Below are positions 34,644-43,709 of a DNA stretch of 64,000 nt, in pieces (the stretch's first letter is position 1; every line of letters begins with the position of its first letter). The position numbers and the translations under genes are program-made. The notes under the pieces were generated by a model. The model had not been told where the DNA came from and ran no database searches. It saw nothing but the letters and a program-made list of their open reading frames with translations. Source of the DNA: Gemmatimonadota bacterium (lineage in GTDB: Bacteria > Gemmatimonadota > Gemmatimonadetes > Gemmatimonadales > GWC2-71-9); NCBI GenBank assembly GCA_009692185.1, contig SHZT01000009.1, forward strand, positions 49,335-113,334. Direction: 5' to 3'.

Positions 34644-35968
34644 CAGGCCCTCGCCGGCGTGCCTCCCGATTCCGCCATTTCGGGCTTCCAACCGCCTTCC
34701 GACCGCGCCACGTACACCGCGGCCGACATGTCCCCGGCCACATTCACCGTCGTCCGCGCCATGTCGAGAATACGGTCGACGCCCAGGATGATCGCGATGC
34801 CCTCAGCCGGCACGCCTACTGTGGCCAAGACCACCATGATGAGCGGCAAGGATCCGCCGGGGACGCCCGCGGCGCCGATCGCCGTGATCACCGAGAGCAC
34901 GACGACGATGACCTGCGTGCCAAGGGAGAGATGCACGCCGAAGACCTGCGCCAGGAACAGCACCGTCACGCCCTCGTACAGCGCCGTGCCATTCATGCAC
35001 ATGGTCGAGCCAATCGGGAGGACGAATCCCGCGATGCGCGCCGGGATCTTCAGCTCCTGCTCCGCCACCGCGAGGTTGGTCGGGAGCGTGGCGTTGCTCG
35101 AGCTGGTGGAAAACGCAGTGACCAGGCTGGCCCGGATCTTCTTCCAGAACACGAGCGGATTCAGTCCTCCCAGCACCCGGACCATGGCGGAGATTCCAAC
35201 AACGGCGTGGATCAGCAGGCCCGCCAGCACGACGACCATGTAGAGACCCAGCGACTCCAGAAGTTCCCAGCCGAACCGCGACGTGGTGAAGAAGATGAGC
35301 CCGAACACGCCGTAGGGGGCCAGCTTCATCGCGAACCCGATGATGATGATCACGATCTCGCCCAGCGCGTCGAGGAACTGCGTAAAGGGCTTGGACTTCG
35401 ATTCCGGCATGAGGGTAAGCGCGGCACCGAACATGACCGAGACGAAGATGATCGCCAGCATGTCCAGGTTCGCAGCCGCCTGCACCGGGTTCCGTGGCAC
35501 GATATTGACGAAAGTGTTGATGCCGAAGCCGGTCGCCATGTTCGACTGGATCCCCTGCGCCTGCGACCGGTACGTGTTGAGCAGCTCCTGCTGCATGGCG
35601 GGGTCGAGCCCCGCCCCCGGCTGGAACAGGTTTACCAGCACCAGGCCGATGGTTGCCGACAGGGTCGTTGACAGGATGAAGTACGCGACGGACTTGCCGC
35701 CGACCTTCCCGATTCTCCGGATGTCGCCCAGCCCGGCCACGCCGAGTGTCAGCGATGCGAAGACCAGGGGAATCACGGTCATGATCAGCATCCGGAGGAA
35801 GACCTGCCCCACCGGATTCATGACGTTGTTGTTGACCCACCCAAGCCAGGCCGCGCCTTCCGCGAAGCGGTTGGCCGTGATGCCGGCGGCCGCGCCGAGG
35901 ACGAGGCCGATGATGATCTTGTTATGGAGTTTCAACGGGCCCCCTTGAGACGGACGGGCGTCTACCAA
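34643..35968 (-). CDS. dicarboxylate/amino acid:cation symporter (DAACS/GltP family)
   Basis: Contains SSSNATLP, GTALYEGVTVLFLAQ, GAAGVPGGSL and DRILDMARTTVNVAGD. Confidence 0.9.
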   Translation of the reverse strand: MVDARPSQGGPLKLHNKIIIGLVLGAAAGITANRFAEGAAWLGWVNNNVMNPVGQVFLRMLIMTVIPLVFASLTLGVAGLGDIRRIGKVGGKSVAYFILSTTLSATIGLVLVNLFQPGAGLDPAMQQELLNTYRSQAQGIQSNMATGFGINTFVNIVPRNPVQAAANLDMLAIIFVSVMFGAALTLMPESKSKPFTQFLDALGEIVIIIIGFAMKLAPYGVFGLIFFTTSRFGWELLESLGLYMVVVLAGLLIHAVVGISAMVRVLGGLNPLVFWKKIRASLVTAFSTSSSNATLPTNLAVAEQELKIPARIAGFVLPIGSTMCMNGTALYEGVTVLFLAQVFGVHLSLGTQVIVVVLSVITAIGAAGVPGGSLPLIMVVLATVGVPAEGIAIILGVDRILDMARTTVNVAGDMSAAVYVARSEGGWKPEMAESGGTPARA

Positions 35969-35977
35969 CGGACAGTG

Positions 35978-38428
35978 TCAATCCACTCGGCGATGTGCCC
36001 CGCCGATTCGCATCCCGTAGAACGAACGGTAGACGAAGACGACCGACACAGCAAAAAACAGCGCGGCCAGCGAATGGGTGACGCCGGTACCCATCTCGGT
36101 GCTGAGCCGCACCGCCAGCGACACCGCCAGCAACCCGAACAGCGTCGTGAACTTGATCACCGGATTGAGCGCCACCGAGGACGTGTCCTTGTACGGGTCG
36201 CCGACCGTGTCGCCGACGACCGTCGCCGCATGCAGCGGCGTGTTTTTCATCTTGAGCTCGGTCTCCACGATCTTCTTCGCATTGTCCCAGGCGCCGCCGG
36301 CGTTGGCCATGAACACGGCCTGGTACAGCCCGAACAGCGCGATCGAGATGAGGTACCCGATGAAGAAGAAGGGCTCGGCAAAGGCAAATGACAGCGTGGA
36401 GAAGAACACGACCAGGAAGATGTTGAACATGCCCTTCTGCGCGTACTGCGTGCAGATCTCGACGACCTTCTTGCTGTCCTCCACCGACGCCTTCACCGCG
36501 CCTTCGAGCTTGATGTTGGCCTTGATGAACTCGACCGCGCGATAGGCACCGGTCGTCACCGCCTGGATCGACGCGCCGGTGAACCAGTAGATGATCGCCC
36601 CGCCGGTCACCAGGCCGAGGAGAAACGGCGCGTGCAGCATGGAGAGCTTGTCGAGGTTCACGGTGAGCTTCTCCGTCAGCTCCACGATAATCGAAAAGAT
36701 CATCGTCGTCGCGCCGACCACCGCCGTGCCGATCAGCACCGGCTTGGCCGTGGCCTTGAACGTGTTGCCCGCCCCGTCGTTCTCCTCCAGCAGGTCCTTC
36801 GCCTTGCCGAACTGGGCGTCCAGGCCAAAGTCCTTCTTCAGCTCCTGCTGGATACCCGGGACCGTCTCGATCAGGGAGAGCTCGTATACCGACTGCGCAT
36901 TGTCGGTGACCGGGCCGTACGAGTCCACGGCGATCGTCACCGGACCCATGCCGAGGAAGCCGAACGCGACGAGCCCGAACGCGAACACCGCGGGCGCCAG
37001 CATTTCGCTCGACATCGCCGTGCTCGACGCGCTCACGAAATAGGCGATGGCCATCAGGGCCATGATGCTCAGGCCGATCCAGTACCCGCTGAAGTTGCCG
37101 GCCACGAGTCCCGAGAGGATGTTGAGCGACGCCCCGCCCTCCCTCGACGAGGCGACGACTTCCCTGACGTGGCTCGATTCCACCGACGTGAAGACCTTCA
37201 CCAGCTCGGGGATGATGGCGCCAGCCAGCGTGCCGCAGGTGATGATGGTCGAGAGCTTCCACCAGAGCGTCCCGTCGCCCATTTCGGCAATGAGCGCATA
37301 GGACACGATGTAGGTCAGGACCACCGAGACGATCGACGTCAGCCAGACCAGCGAGGTCAGCGGCGCCTCGAAGTTCATCTTCGCGGCGTTCCCGTACCGG
37401 GCCTTGGCAATCGCTTCGTTGAGCAGGTACGAACCCGCGCTGGCGATGATCATCATGACGCGCATGACGAAGATCCAGACCAGCAACTGGACCTGCGTCG
37501 CCGCCTCCGGCACCGCCAGCATGATGAACGTGATCAGCGCCACGCCGGTGACACCGTAGGTCTCGAAACCGTCCGCGCTGGGCCCGACGGAGTCCCCGGC
37601 ATTGTCGCCGACGCAGTCCGCGATCACGCCCGGGTTCCGCGCGTCGTCCTCCTTGATGTTGAAGACGATCTTCATCAGGTCGGCGCCGATGTCGGCAATC
37701 TTGGTGAAGATGCCGCCCGCGATGCGGAGCGCCGCGGCGCCGAGCGACTCCCCGATGGCGAACCCGATGAAGCACGGGCCCGCGTAATCACCGGGGATGA
37801 AGAGCAGGATGAACAGCATGATCAGCAGCTCGACGCTGATGAGCAGCATGCCGATGCTCATGCCGGCGCGCAGCGGAATGGAGTACACCGGGTACGGCTT
37901 CCCTTCCAGGCTCGCAAACGCCGTGCGCGAGTTGGCATAGGTGTTCACCCGTATGCCGAACCACGCCACGCTGTAGCTGCCGAGAATGCCGACGACGCTG
38001 AACAGGAGAATGATGCCGACCCGCGCCGCCTCGAGCCCGGAGAGCACTCCGAAGTACAGCACGATGACAACGGCGATGAAGATCTCGAGAATCGCGATGA
38101 AGCGGCCCTGGGTGACCAGGTAGGTCTTGCAGGTCTCGTAGATCAGCTCGGAGACCTCGCGCATCGAACGATGCACGGGCAGGTTCTTCAGCTGATTCAG
38201 GATGATGAGGCCGAACATGATGCCAAGGACGGACACCCCGAGGCCGATGAACAGCAGCATGCGGCTGTTGAACCCGCCGACGTCCACGAGACTCAGGTCC
38301 GGCAGCACGAGGTTGGCTTCCCCGCCTTGCCCCTGGGCGGCGGCTTGTGCGAAGACGTTCCCCGGGAGGGCCATCAAGAGGGCCGCGACACGTGCAAGGT
38401 TTTTCATCGACTCGGACATCAGAGGCAT
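35978..38428 (-). CDS. hppA: membrane-bound proton/sodium-translocating pyrophosphatase
   Basis: This is an 816-aa polytopic protein with GDNAGDSVGPSADGFETY, DNAKK and GDTVGDPYKDTSSVALNPVIKF. Confidence 0.95.
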   Translation of the reverse strand: MPLMSESMKNLARVAALLMALPGNVFAQAAAQGQGGEANLVLPDLSLVDVGGFNSRMLLFIGLGVSVLGIMFGLIILNQLKNLPVHRSMREVSELIYETCKTYLVTQGRFIAILEIFIAVVIVLYFGVLSGLEAARVGIILLFSVVGILGSYSVAWFGIRVNTYANSRTAFASLEGKPYPVYSIPLRAGMSIGMLLISVELLIMLFILLFIPGDYAGPCFIGFAIGESLGAAALRIAGGIFTKIADIGADLMKIVFNIKEDDARNPGVIADCVGDNAGDSVGPSADGFETYGVTGVALITFIMLAVPEAATQVQLLVWIFVMRVMMIIASAGSYLLNEAIAKARYGNAAKMNFEAPLTSLVWLTSIVSVVLTYIVSYALIAEMGDGTLWWKLSTIITCGTLAGAIIPELVKVFTSVESSHVREVVASSREGGASLNILSGLVAGNFSGYWIGLSIMALMAIAYFVSASSTAMSSEMLAPAVFAFGLVAFGFLGMGPVTIAVDSYGPVTDNAQSVYELSLIETVPGIQQELKKDFGLDAQFGKAKDLLEENDGAGNTFKATAKPVLIGTAVVGATTMIFSIIVELTEKLTVNLDKLSMLHAPFLLGLVTGGAIIYWFTGASIQAVTTGAYRAVEFIKANIKLEGAVKASVEDSKKVVEICTQYAQKGMFNIFLVVFFSTLSFAFAEPFFFIGYLISIALFGLYQAVFMANAGGAWDNAKKIVETELKMKNTPLHAATVVGDTVGDPYKDTSSVALNPVIKFTTLFGLLAVSLAVRLSTEMGTGVTHSLAALFFAVSVVFVYRSFYGMRIGGAHRRVD

Positions 38429-38532
38429 GACTCCAGGATCTATAGGGGGATTTCTGGCCTGATTCGGCGCCAGAATATAACAAGGAAGGGCATGCGTTTG
38501 ACACCACTCGCCCCGCCCGTAGCTTCGCTCGG

Positions 38533-40080
38533 ATGACTAATCGCCTGTTTGCCCGGAAACCCGTCTCCACACTCCTCGCTGAGGCGGCCGACACCGAGCA
38601 CGGCCTCAAACGCGCCCTCGGTCCGCTCAACCTCGTCACCCTCGGCATCGGCGCGATCATCGGGGCGGGCATCTTCGTCCTGACCGGAACCGCCGCCTCA
38701 CAATACGCTGGTCCCGCGGTCGTCCTGTCGTTCATCCTGGCGGGCATCGGGTGCGCCTTCGCAGGGCTCTGCTACGCCGAGATGGTGGCGATGATCCCGG
38801 TCGCCGGGAGCGCCTACACCTACGCCTACGCTACGCTCGGCGAATTGGTCGCCTGGATCATCGGGTGGGACCTGATCCTCGAGTACTCGGTGGGAACAGT
38901 CGCGGTGTCCGTCGGCTGGTCGGGGTTCTTCGTGGGTCTCCTGCACGACTTGGGGCTCAATTTCCCCGCCGCGCTCTCCGCCGCTCGTGGGACGCAACTG
39001 ATCGAGGTGCCTGGCCAGGGCTGGCAACAGTTGTCGGACCAGATCTCGATGACACTCCTGGCCAGCGGCGTGGACCCGGCGAGCCTGCCACACGCCACCG
39101 CCCTGCTCAACATCCCGGCCATGCTCGTGGTCGCTGCGGTCACCGCGCTCCTCGTCATCGGGGTCCGCGAGTCCGCCAACGTCAACTCGGTCATCGTCAT
39201 TCTCAAGGTGGGCGCGCTGCTCGCATTCATCGTCGCAGGCATCGCGTTCCTGCTCCGCCATCCGGATGTGCTGAAAGCCAACTGGAGCGATTTCATTCCG
39301 GCGAACAAGGGAACGTTCGGGGCGTTCGGCTGGAGCGGGATACTGCGGGGCGCCGGGGTGATCTTCTTCGCCTATATCGGATTCGACGCTATCTCGACCG
39401 AGGCCCAGGAAGCGAAGAACCCCCAGCGCGACATGCCGATCGGCATCCTGGGCAGCCTGGTCATCTGTACGATCATCTATATCCTGGTGGGCGCGGTGCT
39501 CACCGGCCTGGTGCACTATGACCGGCTCAACGTCCCCAACCCGGTCGGCGTCGGCCTCGACGTCATCGGCACCCGCTGGCTCTCCGTGGCAGTCGGGATC
39601 GCGGCGATTGGCGCCCTGTCCTCGGCCATGCTGGTCATGCTCATGAGCCAGCCGCGGGTCTTCTGGGCCATGGCGAAGGACGGCCTTCTGCCCCCGATGT
39701 TCGCGAAGATCCACCCGCGGTTCCGCACCCCGTACGTCACCACCATCGTAACCGGGCTCATCATCGCGCTGTTCGCAGGGATCACGACCATCGCCGACGC
39801 GGGACAACTTGTGAGTATCGGGACGCTGCTGGCGTTCGTCCTGGTGTGCCTCGGCGTCCTGGTTTTGCGCCGCACGCACCCCGATACGCCGCGCCCGTTC
39901 CGCGCGCCGCTCGGCTGGTTCACCCCGGTCATGGGTATTGTCATCTGCCTCGCCCAAATGGTCGGACTGCCTGGACGGACGTGGTTGAGACTCGTCGGAT
40001 GGCTGGCGGTGGGGCTGGTGATCTACTTCCTCTACGGGATGAAGCGGAGCAAGCTGGCAGGGGTTCGTAAGGCGGGTTGA
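38533..40080 (+). CDS. APC-superfamily amino acid permease (cationic amino acid transporter-like)
   Basis: Contains LGIGAIIGAGIFVLTG and FFAYIGFDAISTEAQEAKNPQRDMP, with about 13 TM segments. Confidence 0.9.
   Translation: MTNRLFARKPVSTLLAEAADTEHGLKRALGPLNLVTLGIGAIIGAGIFVLTGTAASQYAGPAVVLSFILAGIGCAFAGLCYAEMVAMIPVAGSAYTYAYATLGELVAWIIGWDLILEYSVGTVAVSVGWSGFFVGLLHDLGLNFPAALSAARGTQLIEVPGQGWQQLSDQISMTLLASGVDPASLPHATALLNIPAMLVVAAVTALLVIGVRESANVNSVIVILKVGALLAFIVAGIAFLLRHPDVLKANWSDFIPANKGTFGAFGWSGILRGAGVIFFAYIGFDAISTEAQEAKNPQRDMPIGILGSLVICTIIYILVGAVLTGLVHYDRLNVPNPVGVGLDVIGTRWLSVAVGIAAIGALSSAMLVMLMSQPRVFWAMAKDGLLPPMFAKIHPRFRTPYVTTIVTGLIIALFAGITTIADAGQLVSIGTLLAFVLVCLGVLVLRRTHPDTPRPFRAPLGWFTPVMGIVICLAQMVGLPGRTWLRLVGWLAVGLVIYFLYGMKRSKLAGVRKAG
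40018..40063 (+). repeat. direct repeat copy A (functional 3' end of the permease)
   Basis: GTGATCTACTTCCTCTACGGGATGAAGCGGAGCAAGCTGGCAGGGG is about 80% identical by hand alignment to 40611-40656. Confidence 0.75.
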
Positions 40081-40102
40081 AGCGTGAGGGGCGGGGAGCC
40101 CC

Positions 40103-40273
40103 TTATGGTGTGGACAGTTCCTGCTTCCGCGCCTGAGCGGCCCTCGCTTCGGCATCCGCCCGTGCCTTATCTTGATCGCGGCGCACCATAGGGACCAACA
40201 TCATCCCGATAGTGAACGCGACGCCCCCGATGATGGCTAATCCCAGGAAAGCAAGCTGCAGGCTAGTTCTCAT
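40103..40273 (-). CDS. small single-TM hypothetical protein
   Basis: MRTSLQLAFLGLAIIGGVAFTIGMMLVPMV is followed by a charged tail. The start is uncertain (40273, 40291 or 40312). Confidence 0.35.
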   Translation of the reverse strand: MRTSLQLAFLGLAIIGGVAFTIGMMLVPMVRRDQDKARADAEARAAQARKQELSTP

Positions 40274-40502
40274 CACCGTCCCCCATGCCATAGACGCCGA
40301 CGAACCATTCAATTATCACGGAACCGGTCCAGAACAGCAAGCCAAGCCCGAAGGCTGCGCCCAATGCGATCACGGCTTCTACTTGTTCACTTATCAGGAC
40401 AGCATCGAGGGGCGCAAAGGCCATCAGAAGAGCACCCACCTCACGCATCAGTTCAACGAACCTGCGTAGTAATACCCGTCGTAGTCGCTCTGGTTGCCGC
40501 AT
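40263..40502 (-). CDS. small two-TM hypothetical protein
   Basis: MRQPERLRRVLLRRFVELMREVGALLMAFAPLDAVL...ALGAAFGLGLLFWTGSVIIEWFVGV. No family recognised. Confidence 0.35.
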   Translation of the reverse strand: MRQPERLRRVLLRRFVELMREVGALLMAFAPLDAVLISEQVEAVIALGAAFGLGLLFWTGSVIIEWFVGVYGMGDGDEN

Positions 40503-40515
40503 GACGACCGCAGTA

Positions 40516-41103
40516 TCACGCGCCGAAAAGGAAAACCCGCATCGTTTCGACGCGGGCTGTGGCGGATCGTTGCGGGACTCCCAAGGCTGCTGCTTTACCT
40601 CCACCGTCCCGTGTTCTACTTCCTGCATGGAATGAGGCGGAGTAAACTGGCGGGGGCAGCTCGGGGTACTCCGCCCGCACCTTCTCAACGACCACGGGAC
40701 ACGTGGACCGGATCATCGTGCCCCAGTCCGGGTCGGTCAGCAGGCGCTGGTACTCGGCCGCGACCAGTTCGTCCCCCATCACGCCGCGATGCACCGTGCG
40801 AAACCCCGCCCGATAGCTCGCGTTCACCACCTGCTCCGGCAACAACGGGTGGAAATGCACACCCGCTTCGACGGACAGGATCAGCGCCGCGTCACCCTGG
40901 GATACCAGCGCAAGCGCGCGCTCCAGGTCACCAGTCGCATCAATCGCATCATGCGGACAGGCGGGCACGCAGATCCCGCACCTGATACAGGACTCGTCAA
41001 CAATCTTTACGGATGTGCCGTCAACCGAAACGGCCTCGGCAGGGCACACCCGGGCACACGCAAGACAGGACATGCACTTCTCTGGGTTGATCGAGAAGAG
41101 CAC
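40516..41103 (-). pseudogene. N-terminal fragment of a 4Fe-4S / [FeFe]-hydrogenase-large-subunit-like protein
   Basis: It has two ferredoxin clusters (CMSCLACARVCP, CIRCGICVPACP) followed by ...IRSTCPVVVEKVRAEYPEL. Family-like sequence ends where the permease remnant begins (about 40660), and full-length relatives are much longer. Confidence 0.55.
40611..40656 (+). repeat. direct repeat copy B (decayed permease 3' end remnant)
   Basis: GTGTTCTACTTCCTGCATGGAATGAGGCGGAGTAAACTGGCGGGGG would encode VFYFLHGMRRSKLAG, against VIYFLYGMKRSKLAG in the live gene. Confidence 0.75.
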
Positions 41104-41253
41104 CTGTACACCGCCTGCCGGCCCGGGCGCATTAAGGCCGTTGTTTGAGACGCCACAACAATGTGACCTGGCTCACATCGTGTCAAGCAACCGGACAAGT
41201 CTCAACACATGCGGATCTAATCACTTAGGGCCCCGCCGCGTTAAATTTGGACC

Positions 41254-42087
41254 ATGAACTCAAACGCTCTCAAAACCGCCGCCCTACTCGGCCTCCTGTC
41301 CGGTCTCCTGCTGGTGATCGGCGGCGCGCTCGGCGGGCAACAGGGCCTGGTCCTTGCCTTTGGCTTCGCCGCCCTGATGAACTTCGTGTCCTACTGGTTC
41401 TCCGACCGCATCGTGCTCGCCATGTACGGCGCCAAGCAGGTCGGGCAGAACCACGTGCTGTACCAAACCGTCGAACGCCTCGCTGCCCGGGCGGAACTGC
41501 CGATGCCAAAGGTCTACATCATCGCATCGGAGTCTCCGAACGCCTTCGCCACCGGGCGGAACCCCCAGCACGCATCCGTTGCCGCCACCGAGGGAATCCT
41601 CAAGATCCTCGATCAGAAGGAACTCGACGGCGTCATGGCCCACGAGCTGGCCCACGTGAAGCACCGCGACATCCTGATCAGCTCCATCGCCGCCACGATC
41701 GCGGCGGCGATCATGATGCTCGCCCGGCTGGCGTTCTTCTTCGGGGGCTCGCGGGACAATGACCGCGGCGGCAGCAACCCGATCGTCATGCTCCTGACGC
41801 TGATCCTGGCGCCCATCGCCTCCATGCTCATCCAGGCCGCTATCTCGCGGTCCCGGGAGTTCGAGGCGGATGCCGGCGGGGCGGAGATTGCGGGAAGCCC
41901 GAAAGGACTCGCCACCGCGCTCCGGAAACTCGAGGCGGCGGGCAAGCGGGTGCCGCTCCCGGCCAATGCTGCAACCGCACACATGTTCATCGTGAAGCCG
42001 TTCAGTGGCCGCGGCGTAATTGGGCTGTTCAGTACCCATCCACCCACCGAGCAGCGAATCGAAAAGCTCCTCACGGCGCGAATCTGA
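41254..42087 (+). CDS. htpX: zinc metalloprotease HtpX
   Basis: Contains HELAHVKHRD, a downstream REFEAD, TM segments and a C-terminal FSTHPPTEQRI. Confidence 0.9.
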   Translation: MNSNALKTAALLGLLSGLLLVIGGALGGQQGLVLAFGFAALMNFVSYWFSDRIVLAMYGAKQVGQNHVLYQTVERLAARAELPMPKVYIIASESPNAFATGRNPQHASVAATEGILKILDQKELDGVMAHELAHVKHRDILISSIAATIAAAIMMLARLAFFFGGSRDNDRGGSNPIVMLLTLILAPIASMLIQAAISRSREFEADAGGAEIAGSPKGLATALRKLEAAGKRVPLPANAATAHMFIVKPFSGRGVIGLFSTHPPTEQRIEKLLTARI

Positions 42088-42148
42088 CCCCGGTGAGGCG
42101 CTTGCGCACCGGGCATTTCAGGTGCAATGTTTCAGGCAGAACCCACTC

Positions 42149-42655
42149 ATGAACCGCGCCCTCGCGTTCACGTTCATCGCCGTGCTGATCGCGGCGCCGC
42201 TCGCGGCGGATCAGGAAACACCCTCGCTGCTCGAGCCCGGCGCGCGCGTGCGCCTGACGAGCTGCCTCGGCCCTGTCCTCTGGAACTGCCGCTGGTCCGG
42301 CACAGTCTCATCCTGGAATCGTGACTCCGTGCTTGTCCGCCCCGAAGGCCGCGACGCAACCGTCCGCCTGCCCGCCGCGTCCCTCACGCGGATCGAGTTG
42401 AGCCGGGGCCGAGTCGGCCACGCGGGCCACGGTGCGTTGATCGGGTTCATCCCGGGGCTCCTGCTCATGGCCTCATCTGCCGTATCGTGGCCCGAGGATT
42501 TTGAACCGCCGTTGACCACGGACCTCTGCGCCAAGGCGTGCGACGTCACCACCAGCTTCGGCTTCGCCGTCTTTGGCGGCGCCCTCGGAGCGCTTATCGG
42601 CTCAGCCGTCAAGACCGAGCAGTGGGAGTCCCTCCCGCTTCCGCTACCCCGATAG
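42149..42655 (+). CDS. hypothetical exported/membrane protein
   Basis: The signal is MNRALAFTFIAVLIAAPLAA, with hydrophobic segments towards the C-terminus. No family recognised. Confidence 0.45.
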   Translation: MNRALAFTFIAVLIAAPLAADQETPSLLEPGARVRLTSCLGPVLWNCRWSGTVSSWNRDSVLVRPEGRDATVRLPAASLTRIELSRGRVGHAGHGALIGFIPGLLLMASSAVSWPEDFEPPLTTDLCAKACDVTTSFGFAVFGGALGALIGSAVKTEQWESLPLPLPR

Positions 42656-43514
42656 TCCGGTCGTAGCTCCCTAGCACCCGCAGCATCCGGCACCGCTTGC
42701 GCGCGTCCTCCAGCGCGACATGCGCATTCGGCGTTGCCGCATCGACATCGATCTCCAGGAAAAACCGGTAGGTCCACGGCTCACCCGTCGGGCGAGATTC
42801 GAGCTTGGACAGGTTGATGCCCCGTTCCGCAAACGCGAGCAGGGTCTTCACCAGCGCGCCCGGCTCGTTCGCGGTCTCCAGCACCACCGCGCTTTTCCGC
42901 CCGCCCGAACCAGCCATTCTCGGCGGGCGCGGCGCGCCCCGGCGCGCCACGACCAGGAACCGCGTCTGGTTATCCGGCCGGTCCTCCACGTCGGCGGCGA
43001 GAATGTCGAGCCCGTAGCGCTCGGCGGCGCCCCGGCTGGCAATGGCTGCGGTGTCGGATTTGCCCAGCGTGCGCACCTCGAGGGCGGCACCCGCCGTGTC
43101 GTACGTGGCGACCGGCCGGATCTGCACATGCCCGGCGAAAAACCGTTCGCACTGCGCGAGCGCCACGGGGTGGGAGAGGACGCTCTGGATGGACTCAAGC
43201 GTGGAGCCCGGGACACCGAGCACGCAGAGGTGAATCGGAACGACCACCTCGCCCATGACCTCGAGATCCGCGTCCGACAGTACGTCCAGGCTGGGCCCCA
43301 CGCCGCCTGCCAGCGTGTTCTCAATTGGCAGCGTGCCATAGTCCACCGCCTTGGACTTGACCGCTGCGCCCACGTCCCGGAATTCGCGGCTGGGCACCGG
43401 CTCGGCGCCCGGGCCGAAGAACAGCCGCACCGCCTCCTCGCTGTACGCGCCCAACTCTCCCTGGAACGCCACCCGTAGACCCCGACGAGCCTCGACCATG
43501 CCAGCCTCCTCCAA
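42609..43514 (-). CDS. pheA: prephenate dehydratase
   Basis: Contains RVAFQGELGAYSEEA and TRFLVV, plus a C-terminal ACT domain (ESRPTGEPWTYRFFLE). Confidence 0.9.
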   Translation of the reverse strand: MEEAGMVEARRGLRVAFQGELGAYSEEAVRLFFGPGAEPVPSREFRDVGAAVKSKAVDYGTLPIENTLAGGVGPSLDVLSDADLEVMGEVVVPIHLCVLGVPGSTLESIQSVLSHPVALAQCERFFAGHVQIRPVATYDTAGAALEVRTLGKSDTAAIASRGAAERYGLDILAADVEDRPDNQTRFLVVARRGAPRPPRMAGSGGRKSAVVLETANEPGALVKTLLAFAERGINLSKLESRPTGEPWTYRFFLEIDVDAATPNAHVALEDARKRCRMLRVLGSYDRTIGVAEAGGTPTARS

Positions 43515-43552
43515 GCTCCCTCCCTCGCGGGAGAGGTTCCCTCACCCCCTGT

Positions 43553-43607
43553 CCCCCTCTCCCATACGAGAGAGGGGGAACGCAAAACGGCTCCCGGGGC
43601 GGGGAGC
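43553..43607 (-). terminator. two tandem GC-rich hairpins downstream of leuB
   Basis: CCCCCTCTC (43553-43561) pairs with GAGAGGGGG (43570-43578). GGCTCCC (43589-43595) pairs with GGGAGCC (43601-43607). There is no clear U-tract. Confidence 0.45.
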
Positions 43608-43709
43608 CGTCGAAGAATCAATCCGCGTTACCTACTTACTGCGCGCGCTGACCCTCCCGGCCCCCGTTGGGGAAGCCGAAGAAAAAGAAGGCAAACGTAA
43701 ATGCGCGCG

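Noticed and set aside
34640-34700. A yybP-ykoY (Mn) riboswitch upstream of terC, and a Moco riboswitch upstream of the molybdoenzyme or mog genes.
   Set aside because: terC starts in a TGATG overlap with the upstream symporter. The ferredoxin gene starts at the lemA stop, and mog starts at the gcvT stop. None has a leader to hold a riboswitch.
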